The notes below the pieces were generated by a model. The model searched no databases. It saw nothing but the letters and a program-made list of their open reading frames with translations, and had not been told where the DNA came from. This document shows positions 56,198 to 64,000 of a stretch of 64,000 nt of DNA, piece after piece; position 1 is the first letter of the stretch; the number at the start of each line of letters is the position of its first letter. This DNA comes from Patescibacteria group bacterium (GTDB taxonomy: Bacteria > Patescibacteriota > Microgenomatia > UBA8517). The stretch covers positions 33,572 through 97,571 of the forward strand of contig DASVCV010000004.1 of NCBI GenBank assembly GCA_036381415.1, read 5' to 3'. The position numbers and the translations under genes are program-made.

Positions 56198-57192
56198 TTT
56201 GTTTTTCTTTTAAGCACACTTTTTGCTGCATCAACAATATTTGCTGCTTTCATACCATATTTTTCTAGGAGTTCATCTGGTTCTCCTGATTCTCCAAAGT
56301 GATCTGGCATACCAACAAATTCTTGAGGAACTGGAAAGTTTCTTGAAAGTGTTTCTGCAACTGCACCTCCTAGCCCCCCTGTTATTTGGTGCTCCTCTAC
56401 TGTTACAACTGCGCCGCAGGTTCTTGCTGCACGAACAATTGCCTGTTCATCTAAAGGCTTAATGGTAGGAGAATTAATTACAAGAGTCTCAATTCCTTTT
56501 TTGTCTAATTCTTTTGCTGCTAAGAGAGCTTCATACAATAGTGGGCCGCAGGCAATTATTGCAACTTGGGGATCTTTTGACTCCCAAAATATTTCTGCTT
56601 TTCCAATTTTGAATGGAGATTTATCTGTTGTCATTACAGGAGTTTTTTCTCTAGTTAATCTTATATAAGTTGGTTTTCCATTGGCGGCTATCTCAACGGT
56701 TGCTTTTCTTGCTTCAAGGGCGTCTGATGGAACAACTACAATCATATTTGGCATGGCACGCATTAAGGCAATGTCTTCCAACATTTGATGAGTTGCACCA
56801 TCCGGACCAACTGAAACTCCAGTGTGGGCACCTGCTATTTTTACTGGAACATCATTAAGGGCAATTGTTGTTCTTATTTGTTCCCAGTTGCGTCCTGGAG
56901 AGAAGGCAGCATAACTAGAAATAAATGGTATTTTTCCATAGTTTGCCATACCTGCAGCAAGGGTAGCTAGGGCTTGTTCTGCAACTCCTACTTCTACAAA
57001 TCTTTGAGGGAACTTTTCTTTGAACAAATTACTTTTTGTTGAATCAGTTAAATCAGCACAAAGAACTACTACTTTTTCATCAATCTCTCCTGCTTCTACT
57101 AGCCCTTCACCATACCCTTGACGAGTGGGAACCATGTCAACTGACTTCTTCTTAAATATTTTTTCTGATAGTTTTAGTTTTGGATTAATCAT
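56194..57192 (-). CDS. transketolase, C-terminal subunit
   Basis: GVAEQ, GPDGATHQ and VEEH...GGLG. Confidence 0.95.
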   Translation of the reverse strand: MINPKLKLSEKIFKKKSVDMVPTRQGYGEGLVEAGEIDEKVVVLCADLTDSTKSNLFKEKFPQRFVEVGVAEQALATLAAGMANYGKIPFISSYAAFSPGRNWEQIRTTIALNDVPVKIAGAHTGVSVGPDGATHQMLEDIALMRAMPNMIVVVPSDALEARKATVEIAANGKPTYIRLTREKTPVMTTDKSPFKIGKAEIFWESKDPQVAIIACGPLLYEALLAAKELDKKGIETLVINSPTIKPLDEQAIVRAARTCGAVVTVEEHQITGGLGGAVAETLSRNFPVPQEFVGMPDHFGESGEPDELLEKYGMKAANIVDAAKSVLKRKTN

Positions 57193-57716
57193 TTTTGTGT
57201 TTTACTTTCTACAATATCGTTAAAGGCATCGACTGAATTTTTAATTTGGAGTAAAGAATCATGAGAATCAATTGGAGTCAAACTGGAGACATCTAAAACA
57301 TATGCTCTTCCCATGCTGTCTTTGGGATTTACGACAATTGCATAATTGTCCATTCCTAGTTTAGTGCCTGCGTTAAATGCAACTTTGCCAATTTTTTCAA
57401 TTTGAGCTTTGACTTCATCAAGATTTTTGAGATTCACTGGCACACGCGTATGAGTATCGATAATAGTATTTTTTCTACCTTGAGTCATGTCAGTTGCTTT
57501 CATTTTGTTTTTTTCAAATATAATAACTGGCGGCAATGGAATGTAGTCCACTTCTCCATTTTCTTGTGCTATACGAAATGATTCTCTTAAGTCATCGACT
57601 ATTTTTTGATTTCTTGCAGGATATGGAATAGATGTTTCTTTAATAAACATTCCATCTTTAATAAACTTAGATCCTTCTATTCCCGATACAATTTGTATTG
57701 TTTCTTCTTGATTCAT
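57189..57716 (-). CDS. hypothetical protein between the transketolase halves, weakly kinase-like
   Basis: Tightly packed in the operon; SGIEGS, MFIK, GMDNY and VLDV segments. Confidence 0.6.
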   Translation of the reverse strand: MNQEETIQIVSGIEGSKFIKDGMFIKETSIPYPARNQKIVDDLRESFRIAQENGEVDYIPLPPVIIFEKNKMKATDMTQGRKNTIIDTHTRVPVNLKNLDEVKAQIEKIGKVAFNAGTKLGMDNYAIVVNPKDSMGRAYVLDVSSLTPIDSHDSLLQIKNSVDAFNDIVESKTQK

Positions 57717-57727
57717 ATTTTTAAATA

Positions 57728-58582
57728 TTATTGATGTTCACTTTTTATTTTCCCACTTAAGGTTCTTAATTCATCAAGAGCTATTTTTGCTTCATTTTCA
57801 TTTGGAGGCTTACCATGCCACTCAAACTTATTTTCCATAAAATCAACACCTTTTCCTGGAATTGTATGGGCAATAATTACAGTTGGGTTTTCGTATACTG
57901 CTCTTGCATGATTTACAGCATTAACTATCTCTTCAAAGTTATGGCCATCAATATGGAGGACATGCCAATTAAATGCTTTGTACTTATCTTCAAGAGGTTC
58001 CAGGGGCATCACATCTTCTGTGTAGCCATCTATCTGAATATTATTTCTATCTACAATTAAGGTTAGATTGGAAAGATTGTTTTTACCTGCAAAATTAACT
58101 GCTTCCCAATGGTTTCCTTCATCGTGCTCTCCGTCACTACATATGCAAAAAACGCGGAAGCGCTTTTGATCCATACGGCTGGCATATGCATAACCTGATG
58201 CTTGGGCAAGGCCAGATCCAAGAGGGCCTGATGTTGTTTCAACTCCGGGAAGCTTTAATCTTTCAGGGTGACCTTGGAGCCTTGTTCCTAGTTTTCTTAA
58301 AGTCTTAAGTTCAGAAATGGGGAAAAAGCCTGCATGTGCCATGGTTGCATATCTTACAGGACAAATGTGGCCATTTGAAAGAATTAATCTATCTCTTTCA
58401 TCCCAATAAGGATCTTTAGGATCATAGTTCATTATTTCAAAGTAAAGAGCAGTGAAAATATCTGCCATACCCAGAGGTCCTGCAGAGTGTCCTGAGCCTG
58501 CAGCAAGGAGCATTTTGATGATATCGCGCCTTATATCATTTGCTATTTTTTCTAAGTCTTCGGTTGATAATTTCATATACAA
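57728..58582 (-). CDS. transketolase, N-terminal subunit
   Basis: SGH, RDRLILSNGH, LQGHP, GPLGSG and SDGE...N (ThDP motif). Confidence 0.95.
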   Translation of the reverse strand: MYMKLSTEDLEKIANDIRRDIIKMLLAAGSGHSAGPLGMADIFTALYFEIMNYDPKDPYWDERDRLILSNGHICPVRYATMAHAGFFPISELKTLRKLGTRLQGHPERLKLPGVETTSGPLGSGLAQASGYAYASRMDQKRFRVFCICSDGEHDEGNHWEAVNFAGKNNLSNLTLIVDRNNIQIDGYTEDVMPLEPLEDKYKAFNWHVLHIDGHNFEEIVNAVNHARAVYENPTVIIAHTIPGKGVDFMENKFEWHGKPPNENEAKIALDELRTLSGKIKSEHQ

Positions 58583-58585
58583 AAA

Positions 58586-59233
58586 TTATAGTTGAAATGC
58601 TTTTTCATTTTCATGAGTATCATCCTTCTTTTTAAGCAATTCTTCAAAAAGTTTAAGAGCATCGAGAGCTTCTTGGGGAGTATTTGCTACTCTATACACT
58701 TCTAGTTCCTCAGGCCTTATTCTCATATTATCTACGAAGGCTTTAATAATGTGATTCCAAAAATCTCCATATAAGATGAGGGGTTTGTGGTGACCAAAGT
58801 AAAGACGGGCTAATCCCCAGGCCATTCCAAATTCAGAGATGGTTCCTGTTCCTCCTTTAAAGACAACAAAGGCATGGCCTAATTCCAAAAGCTTAAGTGT
58901 TCTTTCCAAATAGTTTTGGGTTACTATTTCTTCATCAAAAGGGTTTTTTGGATCTCTTCCTTCAAAGTTTGCAACATCTTTGGGATAGAAAGTAACTCCA
59001 ACTACTTTTCCTCCTGAGGCTTTAGCTCCTTCTGAGACTGCTCTCATTACACCTGGCCCTCCCCCATTAATTGTAACCAAGCCTTGAGAGCTTAAAAATT
59101 TTGCGCATTCATACGCTTCCTTATAAAGAGGATCTGTTGGAGGTGCATCTGCAAACCCAAAGTAAGAAACTTGCTGAATCTTTCTGGGAGAATTGTCTAT
59201 TGGTTTAATTGGTTGGGCAGTATCTGGCTTCAT
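58586..59233 (-). CDS. LOG-family (nucleotide phosphoribohydrolase-like) protein
   Basis: GGGPGVM and KGGTGTISE. Confidence 0.88.
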   Translation of the reverse strand: MKPDTAQPIKPIDNSPRKIQQVSYFGFADAPPTDPLYKEAYECAKFLSSQGLVTINGGGPGVMRAVSEGAKASGGKVVGVTFYPKDVANFEGRDPKNPFDEEIVTQNYLERTLKLLELGHAFVVFKGGTGTISEFGMAWGLARLYFGHHKPLILYGDFWNHIIKAFVDNMRIRPEELEVYRVANTPQEALDALKLFEELLKKKDDTHENEKAFQL

Positions 59234-59865
59234 GGCAATATAAATTTTTTAATGTTTTCTTCTAAATCTCCTTCAAATAACCTTTTTCCTACTACAATTT
59301 CATCTACATGCAAATCCACAAGATCTTTAACAACACTAGGAGTTACTCCTCCATCAACACATATTCTAAATTTAAAATTACCTTTTTCTCTTAACTTATA
59401 TAAACCTTCTAATTTGTCAAAAACCTTGGTATCAAATTTTTGTCCAGCAAAACCTGCTGGAACGCTCATTACTAATATTACATCAATGCTTGTTAATGTT
59501 TGAGGAGTAATACTTCCAATTGGAGTAGCAAGATCTAAAGCAAGACCAACTTTTGATCCAGTTCCTTCAACTTTGGCAATAAACTCAAGCTGATTGGACA
59601 TTTTTTCAATTTGCCCAATTATTCTGTCTGCTTGCCCTGTTGCTGCTTTTTCCACCCAATCAATTGGGTCTTTTGTCATGAGGTGGAAATCAAGAAGTAG
59701 ATCTGTATCAATAGTAGATAGAATGCTAGGATCTATGGTTTTATTATCTGCAAAGTTTCCATCAATAATATCAATTTGAATTCTTGCTGATTTGCCTTCT
59801 GCAATTTTGACAAGATCTGCCAATTCAGAAGGATTATTTGTAAGTATTGCTGGTATTATTTCCAT
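59230..59865 (-). CDS. rpe: ribulose-phosphate 3-epimerase
   Basis: IDIIDGNF, DFHLM, MSVPAGFAGQKF and VDGGV. Confidence 0.92.
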   Translation of the reverse strand: MEIIPAILTNNPSELADLVKIAEGKSARIQIDIIDGNFADNKTIDPSILSTIDTDLLLDFHLMTKDPIDWVEKAATGQADRIIGQIEKMSNQLEFIAKVEGTGSKVGLALDLATPIGSITPQTLTSIDVILVMSVPAGFAGQKFDTKVFDKLEGLYKLREKGNFKFRICVDGGVTPSVVKDLVDLHVDEIVVGKRLFEGDLEENIKKFILP

Positions 59866-59901
59866 TAGAGTAATAATTCTTTAGCTATTTGATTTTTAAG
59901 C

Positions 59902-60141
59902 TTAATAAGGCGGTAAACAATCAATATTTCCTGCCCATTCAGTTGTACCGATACATTTGCCTTTCCCTAATGGTATTCCTTTACATTGTAAAAACCCTCT
60001 TCCACATCCCTTGTCGATGGTCCAACCGAATCGAAAAGTCGCAATTAATAATAAAGCTAGTATGAGAAATACAAAAATTAGAACAATTTTAAACAAAGGC
60101 GAGTGAAATAGTACCTTAATACTTATTCTTAACCTTTTCAT
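59902..60141 (-). CDS. small TM-anchored four-Cys protein
   Basis: Overlaps the gap stop; TM helix then GCGRGFLQC...KC...DC. Confidence 0.5.
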   Translation of the reverse strand: MKRLRISIKVLFHSPLFKIVLIFVFLILALLLIATFRFGWTIDKGCGRGFLQCKGIPLGKGKCIGTTEWAGNIDCLPPY

Positions 60142-61244
60142 TTATCTAAATTAAGACTCAAGGTAAGAGGATCTTTGGGGGCAACAGTACTTCCTAGACT
60201 ATTTCCTATTCTTACTACCTGCTCAACAAGCCTATTTGTGTAGCCCCACTCATTGTCATACCATGCAAAAATTTTAACTAAATTGCCACCAATTACTTGG
60301 GTTAATTCTAGATCAACAATTGAAGATTCACTTCTTCCTATGATATCTGAGGAAACTAAGGGTTCTTCTGAAACTGCTAGAACTCCCTTAAAAAGCGCAC
60401 TTTGGGAAGCTTCTTTTAAAGCACTATTTATTTCTTCAACAGTGACTGGCTTTTTGGTGACAATTGCAAAATCGCTAATGGATCCTGTTATAACTGGAAC
60501 TCGTAAGGCACGGCCGTCAAAAAGTCCTTTAAGTTCCGGAATTGTTTCTGTTGTTGAGACTGCAGCTCCTGTTGTTGTAGGAATAATATTTGCTGCTGCA
60601 GCACGAGCTCTTCTCATGTCTTTGTGGGAATTATCGTGCAGGTTTTGATCGTCAGTGTAGGCATGAATTGTAGTGAGTGCTGCTTTTTCAATACCAAACT
60701 TAGAATGAATTACTGCAGCAACTGGGGCAACTGAGTTTGTAGTACAAGAAGAATTAGAAACTACATCTTGGCCGGGAGTATATTCATTTACACCAATAAT
60801 ATATGTACTTATGTTTCCTCCTTTTGGAGGAGCTGATATAACTATTCTTTTAGCACCTCCAACAGCGTGTTTTTTGGCATCTTCTTGAGTGGTAAACCTA
60901 CCGGTGGATTCTATCACTACATCTACTCCATACTTTCCCCAAGGAATTTTTGCTGGATCTTTTTGAGCAAGAACTGGAATCTTTTTATTTTCTATTATTA
61001 GATTTCCAATTTGAGGATCTTCATCAGTAACTTCGTCAGGTTTCTTTAATTCTTCAAAAGTAACTTCTTTTTCAAACTTTCTATAAGTAGTGTCATAGTT
61101 AAGAAGATGAGCCCAGCCTGAAGTGGGCATTGATCCTGAAGTATTAATTGCGGCAAACTCCAATTCTTGAGAGTGTTTAATACTTCCTACTCTAAATGCA
61201 AGTCTTCCAATACGACCGAAGCCGTTAATTCCTACTTTAACCAT
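60138..61244 (-). CDS. gap: type I glyceraldehyde-3-phosphate dehydrogenase
   Basis: GINGFGRIGR, SCTTN and WYDNEWGY. Start moved to ATG 61244. Confidence 0.97.
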   Translation of the reverse strand: MVKVGINGFGRIGRLAFRVGSIKHSQELEFAAINTSGSMPTSGWAHLLNYDTTYRKFEKEVTFEELKKPDEVTDEDPQIGNLIIENKKIPVLAQKDPAKIPWGKYGVDVVIESTGRFTTQEDAKKHAVGGAKRIVISAPPKGGNISTYIIGVNEYTPGQDVVSNSSCTTNSVAPVAAVIHSKFGIEKAALTTIHAYTDDQNLHDNSHKDMRRARAAAANIIPTTTGAAVSTTETIPELKGLFDGRALRVPVITGSISDFAIVTKKPVTVEEINSALKEASQSALFKGVLAVSEEPLVSSDIIGRSESSIVDLELTQVIGGNLVKIFAWYDNEWGYTNRLVEQVVRIGNSLGSTVAPKDPLTLSLNLDK

Positions 61245-61335
61245 ATTCTTAAAATAAATTTTCTGATAATACAATTACCAGAGCAATTTCATATTAGCAA
61301 AAATTGTTCCAAACTTAAATCTGTAAAAGAGAAAG

Positions 61336-61536
61336 TTATCTTTTTTTCTTTTTGTTAGTTAACATTGCATAGGCTCCCCAGAGACCTGCTGCTCCTATTA
61401 AAAGATAGATAATTTTAACAATTACTGGCCAGCCTGCTACTAATGCTCCGACAAGATTTAAATCTAAGAGTCCAACTAATCCCCAGTTTATAGCTCCAAG
61501 TACTACTAACCACTTAGAAACAGTTTTTAATTCCAT
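61336..61536 (-). CDS. DUF378 membrane protein
   Basis: LGAINWGLVG...IIYLLIGAAGLW. Confidence 0.88.
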   Translation of the reverse strand: MELKTVSKWLVVLGAINWGLVGLLDLNLVGALVAGWPVIVKIIYLLIGAAGLWGAYAMLTNKKKKR

Positions 61537-61578
61537 TTTTACTCACCCCCAAGTCCTAATTAAACAGTAGCACTTTTT

Positions 61579-62544
61579 TTACTTTTGAAGAAGAGCTTTG
61601 ATACCAGGAAGAGTGTGGTAACTTAGAAACTCCAACATTGCTCCACCCCCTACTGATACCCAATCAAATTTTTCTTTTAAGCTTAGCAAGCTAATTGCTC
61701 TTTCTGTATCTCCACCACCTGCGACTTTGTAGGCATCTGACTCCACAACTGCCTTAAACACTCTTTGGGTCCCCTGCCGGTGTCCTTCTTCTTCAAACTT
61801 ACCAAGAGGACCAGAAAGGACTATTGTTTTTGCTTTTGCAATCTCTTTTTCAAAATCTTCAATTGCGTGGAGAGAAATATCTTCCTTGTCTGCAATAAGT
61901 CCTGCAACAATTACTTTAGGGTTTTTACGTAAAGGAGAGGCGTCGTGGATATAATCAGGAAGTCTGCCGCCAATTAATATCATGTCTGCCATTTTTAAAA
62001 ACTCTTCAACATATTTTACTTTGTCATCTTTTACTCCACTTATTATTACAACAACAGGACGCTTTGAATCTTCAAAAACTTTAGAAAGATTCTCAACTTC
62101 TTGACTAAATCTAATGCCTGCTGCATGAGGAAGAAGAGAAGGCAAAGCTACAATTGAGGCATGAGATCTATGAGAGGAAGCAAATGCTTCATTTACAAAA
62201 AAATCTTGGTTTTGAGCAAGGCTTTTGGCAAACTCTAAATCATTTTTTTCTTCCCCTCCATTAAACCTAAGGTTTTCTAAAACTTCTATTTTATCTTTAA
62301 CATTTAATAGTTTTTCTATTTCATCTTTAAAAGGTAAAACAGAAAGTGAAGGATCATTTCCTGTGGGGCGCCCTTTGTGTCCAATAACAGTAACTTGACA
62401 GTTCTTCTCTAACAGAAAATTGAGTGTTGAAAGAGATGCTTCTAATCTTGTTAGATCACCTTCTGGAGTGTCTAGATCAAGCCTAACTAATACTTTTTTG
62501 CCACTTATATCAATTGCGGTGTCTTTAATATTAGGAATATTCAT
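61579..62544 (-). CDS. pgk: phosphoglycerate kinase (short form)
   Basis: VLVRLD, HKGRP, LENLRF, SHRSHAS, GGGDT and SVGGGAMLEF. Confidence 0.93.
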   Translation of the reverse strand: MNIPNIKDTAIDISGKKVLVRLDLDTPEGDLTRLEASLSTLNFLLEKNCQVTVIGHKGRPTGNDPSLSVLPFKDEIEKLLNVKDKIEVLENLRFNGGEEKNDLEFAKSLAQNQDFFVNEAFASSHRSHASIVALPSLLPHAAGIRFSQEVENLSKVFEDSKRPVVVIISGVKDDKVKYVEEFLKMADMILIGGRLPDYIHDASPLRKNPKVIVAGLIADKEDISLHAIEDFEKEIAKAKTIVLSGPLGKFEEEGHRQGTQRVFKAVVESDAYKVAGGGDTERAISLLSLKEKFDWVSVGGGAMLEFLSYHTLPGIKALLQK

Positions 62545-62553
62545 ATGACAAAA

Positions 62554-63003
62554 CTAATTATTTGCTTCTATTTTTTTGATATCTGAAAGCCTTTTCTTAT
62601 GCCTTTTTGCATTATCAAACTCAGTAACTAAAAATGCTTTAACCATCTTTTTAGCATCTACCTCTTTGGTAAAGTCAGCAGCTAAAACTAAAATATTCAT
62701 ATCATCATCTTTACGGCCAGCTTCAACCTGTTTTGGAGTTTTCCCAATTGAACTTCTAATGCCATCAAATTTATTAGCTACAGCATCTACTCCAACACCA
62801 GATCCACAAAGAAGGATGCCTTGCGAGTTATCATCATTTGCAACAAGGGATGCTACTTGTTGAGCATATTTAGTGTAGTCATCATTTGGATCAAATGTTG
62901 AGGCTCCTACATCTTCAAACTTATATCTTTCGTCAAACAGCCATTTTGCTATTTTCTCTTTTAAGTGAAATCCTCTGTGGTCAGCTCCAATATATACTCT
63001 CAT
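62554..63003 (-). CDS. rpiB: ribose-5-phosphate isomerase B
   Basis: GADHRG, CGSGVG...ANK and RHKKR. Confidence 0.93.
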   Translation of the reverse strand: MRVYIGADHRGFHLKEKIAKWLFDERYKFEDVGASTFDPNDDYTKYAQQVASLVANDDNSQGILLCGSGVGVDAVANKFDGIRSSIGKTPKQVEAGRKDDDMNILVLAADFTKEVDAKKMVKAFLVTEFDNAKRHKKRLSDIKKIEANN

Positions 63004-63014
63004 ATCCTTACTTT

Positions 63015-63674
63015 TTATTTGAATCCTTCAATCAAATCAAGTAGCTCTTTTTTGGGATCTTGGGCTTTTACAATATCTGTAGCTACTGCTACTCCAACTG
63101 CTCCTAATTCTCTTGATTTTCTAACATCTTCAGATGAATGAATTCCAGCTCCTACTATTAAAGGAATTCCTTTGGCTCGAGTGATTTCAACTGCTTTGGC
63201 AATAATGTCAGGCTGGGCTGTTGCAACTGAAGTAGTAGTACTTCCTATTAACTCTCCCGGTTCATATGAGGCAAATGTGGGTGCAAGATCACAGACTTTA
63301 CTAAGCTCATCTAAATTTGAGGCAAAGATTAAGGTTTTCAGACCTAACTCATTTGCTCTTGCCACCATCATTTTAAGGTCTTCAAAGTTTTGAACTTTAT
63401 GTTCTGAATGGTTTAGGAGTGTTCCTTCGGCTCCTGCTTCTAAGACTTCTTCAGGAAGGATTGAGCCGGTGTGGGCTCCATACTCAACTGGGTCTATGTT
63501 TTGGATCCAAACTTCTAACTTGGAGGAAGTAGATATTGTTTTTAAATCTATTGCTTGAACACAAGGAATTACTTTTACATTATTTTGAGAAGATATTTCT
63601 TCAATAGCTTTTACCAAACTTAATGCTTTTTCTCCACTACCCTCTTTGTATGTTTTGAAATTAACAAAAATCAT
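63015..63674 (-). CDS. tpiA: triosephosphate isomerase, archaeal type
   Basis: VNFKTY, GAHTG, LNHSE, YEPGELIG and GAGI; 219 aa. Confidence 0.92.
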   Translation of the reverse strand: MIFVNFKTYKEGSGEKALSLVKAIEEISSQNNVKVIPCVQAIDLKTISTSSKLEVWIQNIDPVEYGAHTGSILPEEVLEAGAEGTLLNHSEHKVQNFEDLKMMVARANELGLKTLIFASNLDELSKVCDLAPTFASYEPGELIGSTTTSVATAQPDIIAKAVEITRAKGIPLIVGAGIHSSEDVRKSRELGAVGVAVATDIVKAQDPKKELLDLIEGFK

Positions 63675-63693
63675 TTGTTCAAAATGTCAAAAA

Positions 63694-63948
63694 TTATGCT
63701 GGTAATCCCAGTATGGAACTAAATTTGCCTTTGTCAAAACCAATTATGGTTTCTTTTGTCCCATCATCTTTTGTTATGACAGTAAATGGAACTCCTAAGA
63801 ACCCATTTGAGACTTTACTCATCTCCTCTTTTGCTGCTTCATCTATGTCAACAAGTTTTTTCTCATACTGCTTGTTTCCTGCTTTAAGATAATCTTCAAG
63901 CATTTTACAGTATGGACAAGTTGTAGTTGTATAAACAATTATTTGCAT
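63694..63948 (-). CDS. glutaredoxin/NrdH-like protein
   Basis: YTTTTCPYC, GVP and IIGFD. Confidence 0.9.
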   Translation of the reverse strand: MQIIVYTTTTCPYCKMLEDYLKAGNKQYEKKLVDIDEAAKEEMSKVSNGFLGVPFTVITKDDGTKETIIGFDKGKFSSILGLPA

Positions 63949-64000
63949 CCAAAAATCACCTCCTTAAATTAGCCTAGTTACTAAGAATATAAAACAAACC

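Noticed and set aside
8235-63393. Many antisense ORFs in the track (e.g. 9450..10052, 22801..23274, 30035..30379, 52356..52880, 60253..60648)
   Set aside because: They are shadow frames of well-supported opposite-strand genes, with no motifs of their own.
1-64000. UGA recoding (genetic code 25 or 4) as in some CPR lineages
   Set aside because: Conserved genes are full length under code 11, and TGA ends complete proteins (e.g. 4429, 37605).

Overview
Low-GC bacterial chromosome segment with most genes on the minus strand. Gene content points to Patescibacteria/CPR, most like Microgenomatia (inference): ATP-dependent DNA ligase, archaeal-type TPI, split transketolase, class II RNR plus PduO, stand-alone 5'-3' exonuclease, VirB4/VirD4-like ATPase and many apparently leaderless genes. 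It uses genetic code 11. In order, the window holds a two-component system with small membrane-protein genes, a tRNA-Gln/Lys/Glu cluster, a thioredoxin/DsbA block fused to a CsoR-regulated copper cluster, repair and housekeeping genes (pth, lig, fic, nnrD, recF, mutM, ftsH, trpS), a tRNA hotspot at 33.1-38.2 kb, nrdJ/pduO, tandem class A PBPs and a glycolysis/pentose-phosphate cluster. The most interesting region is the tRNA hotspot, which has four parts. (i) An HTH + LAGLIDADG-like ORF has its stop codon inside the tRNA-Met gene. (ii) A divergent initiator-type tRNA(CAU) is split by a compact 189-nt group I intron and has an unconventional A-U/G-C/G-U anticodon stem. (iii) An integrase-less 2-kb cassette, bounded by that tRNA's 3' end and a degenerate copy of it, encodes a MerR/excisionase-like HTH protein and a PD-(D/E)xK-nuclease-TPR protein, a candidate undescribed defence module. 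(iv) A rare tRNA-Ile(UAU) lies nearby. Several unannotated structured RNAs and a phased 21-bp repeat array upstream of nrdJ are also visible. All calls are by eye; no database searches were run.
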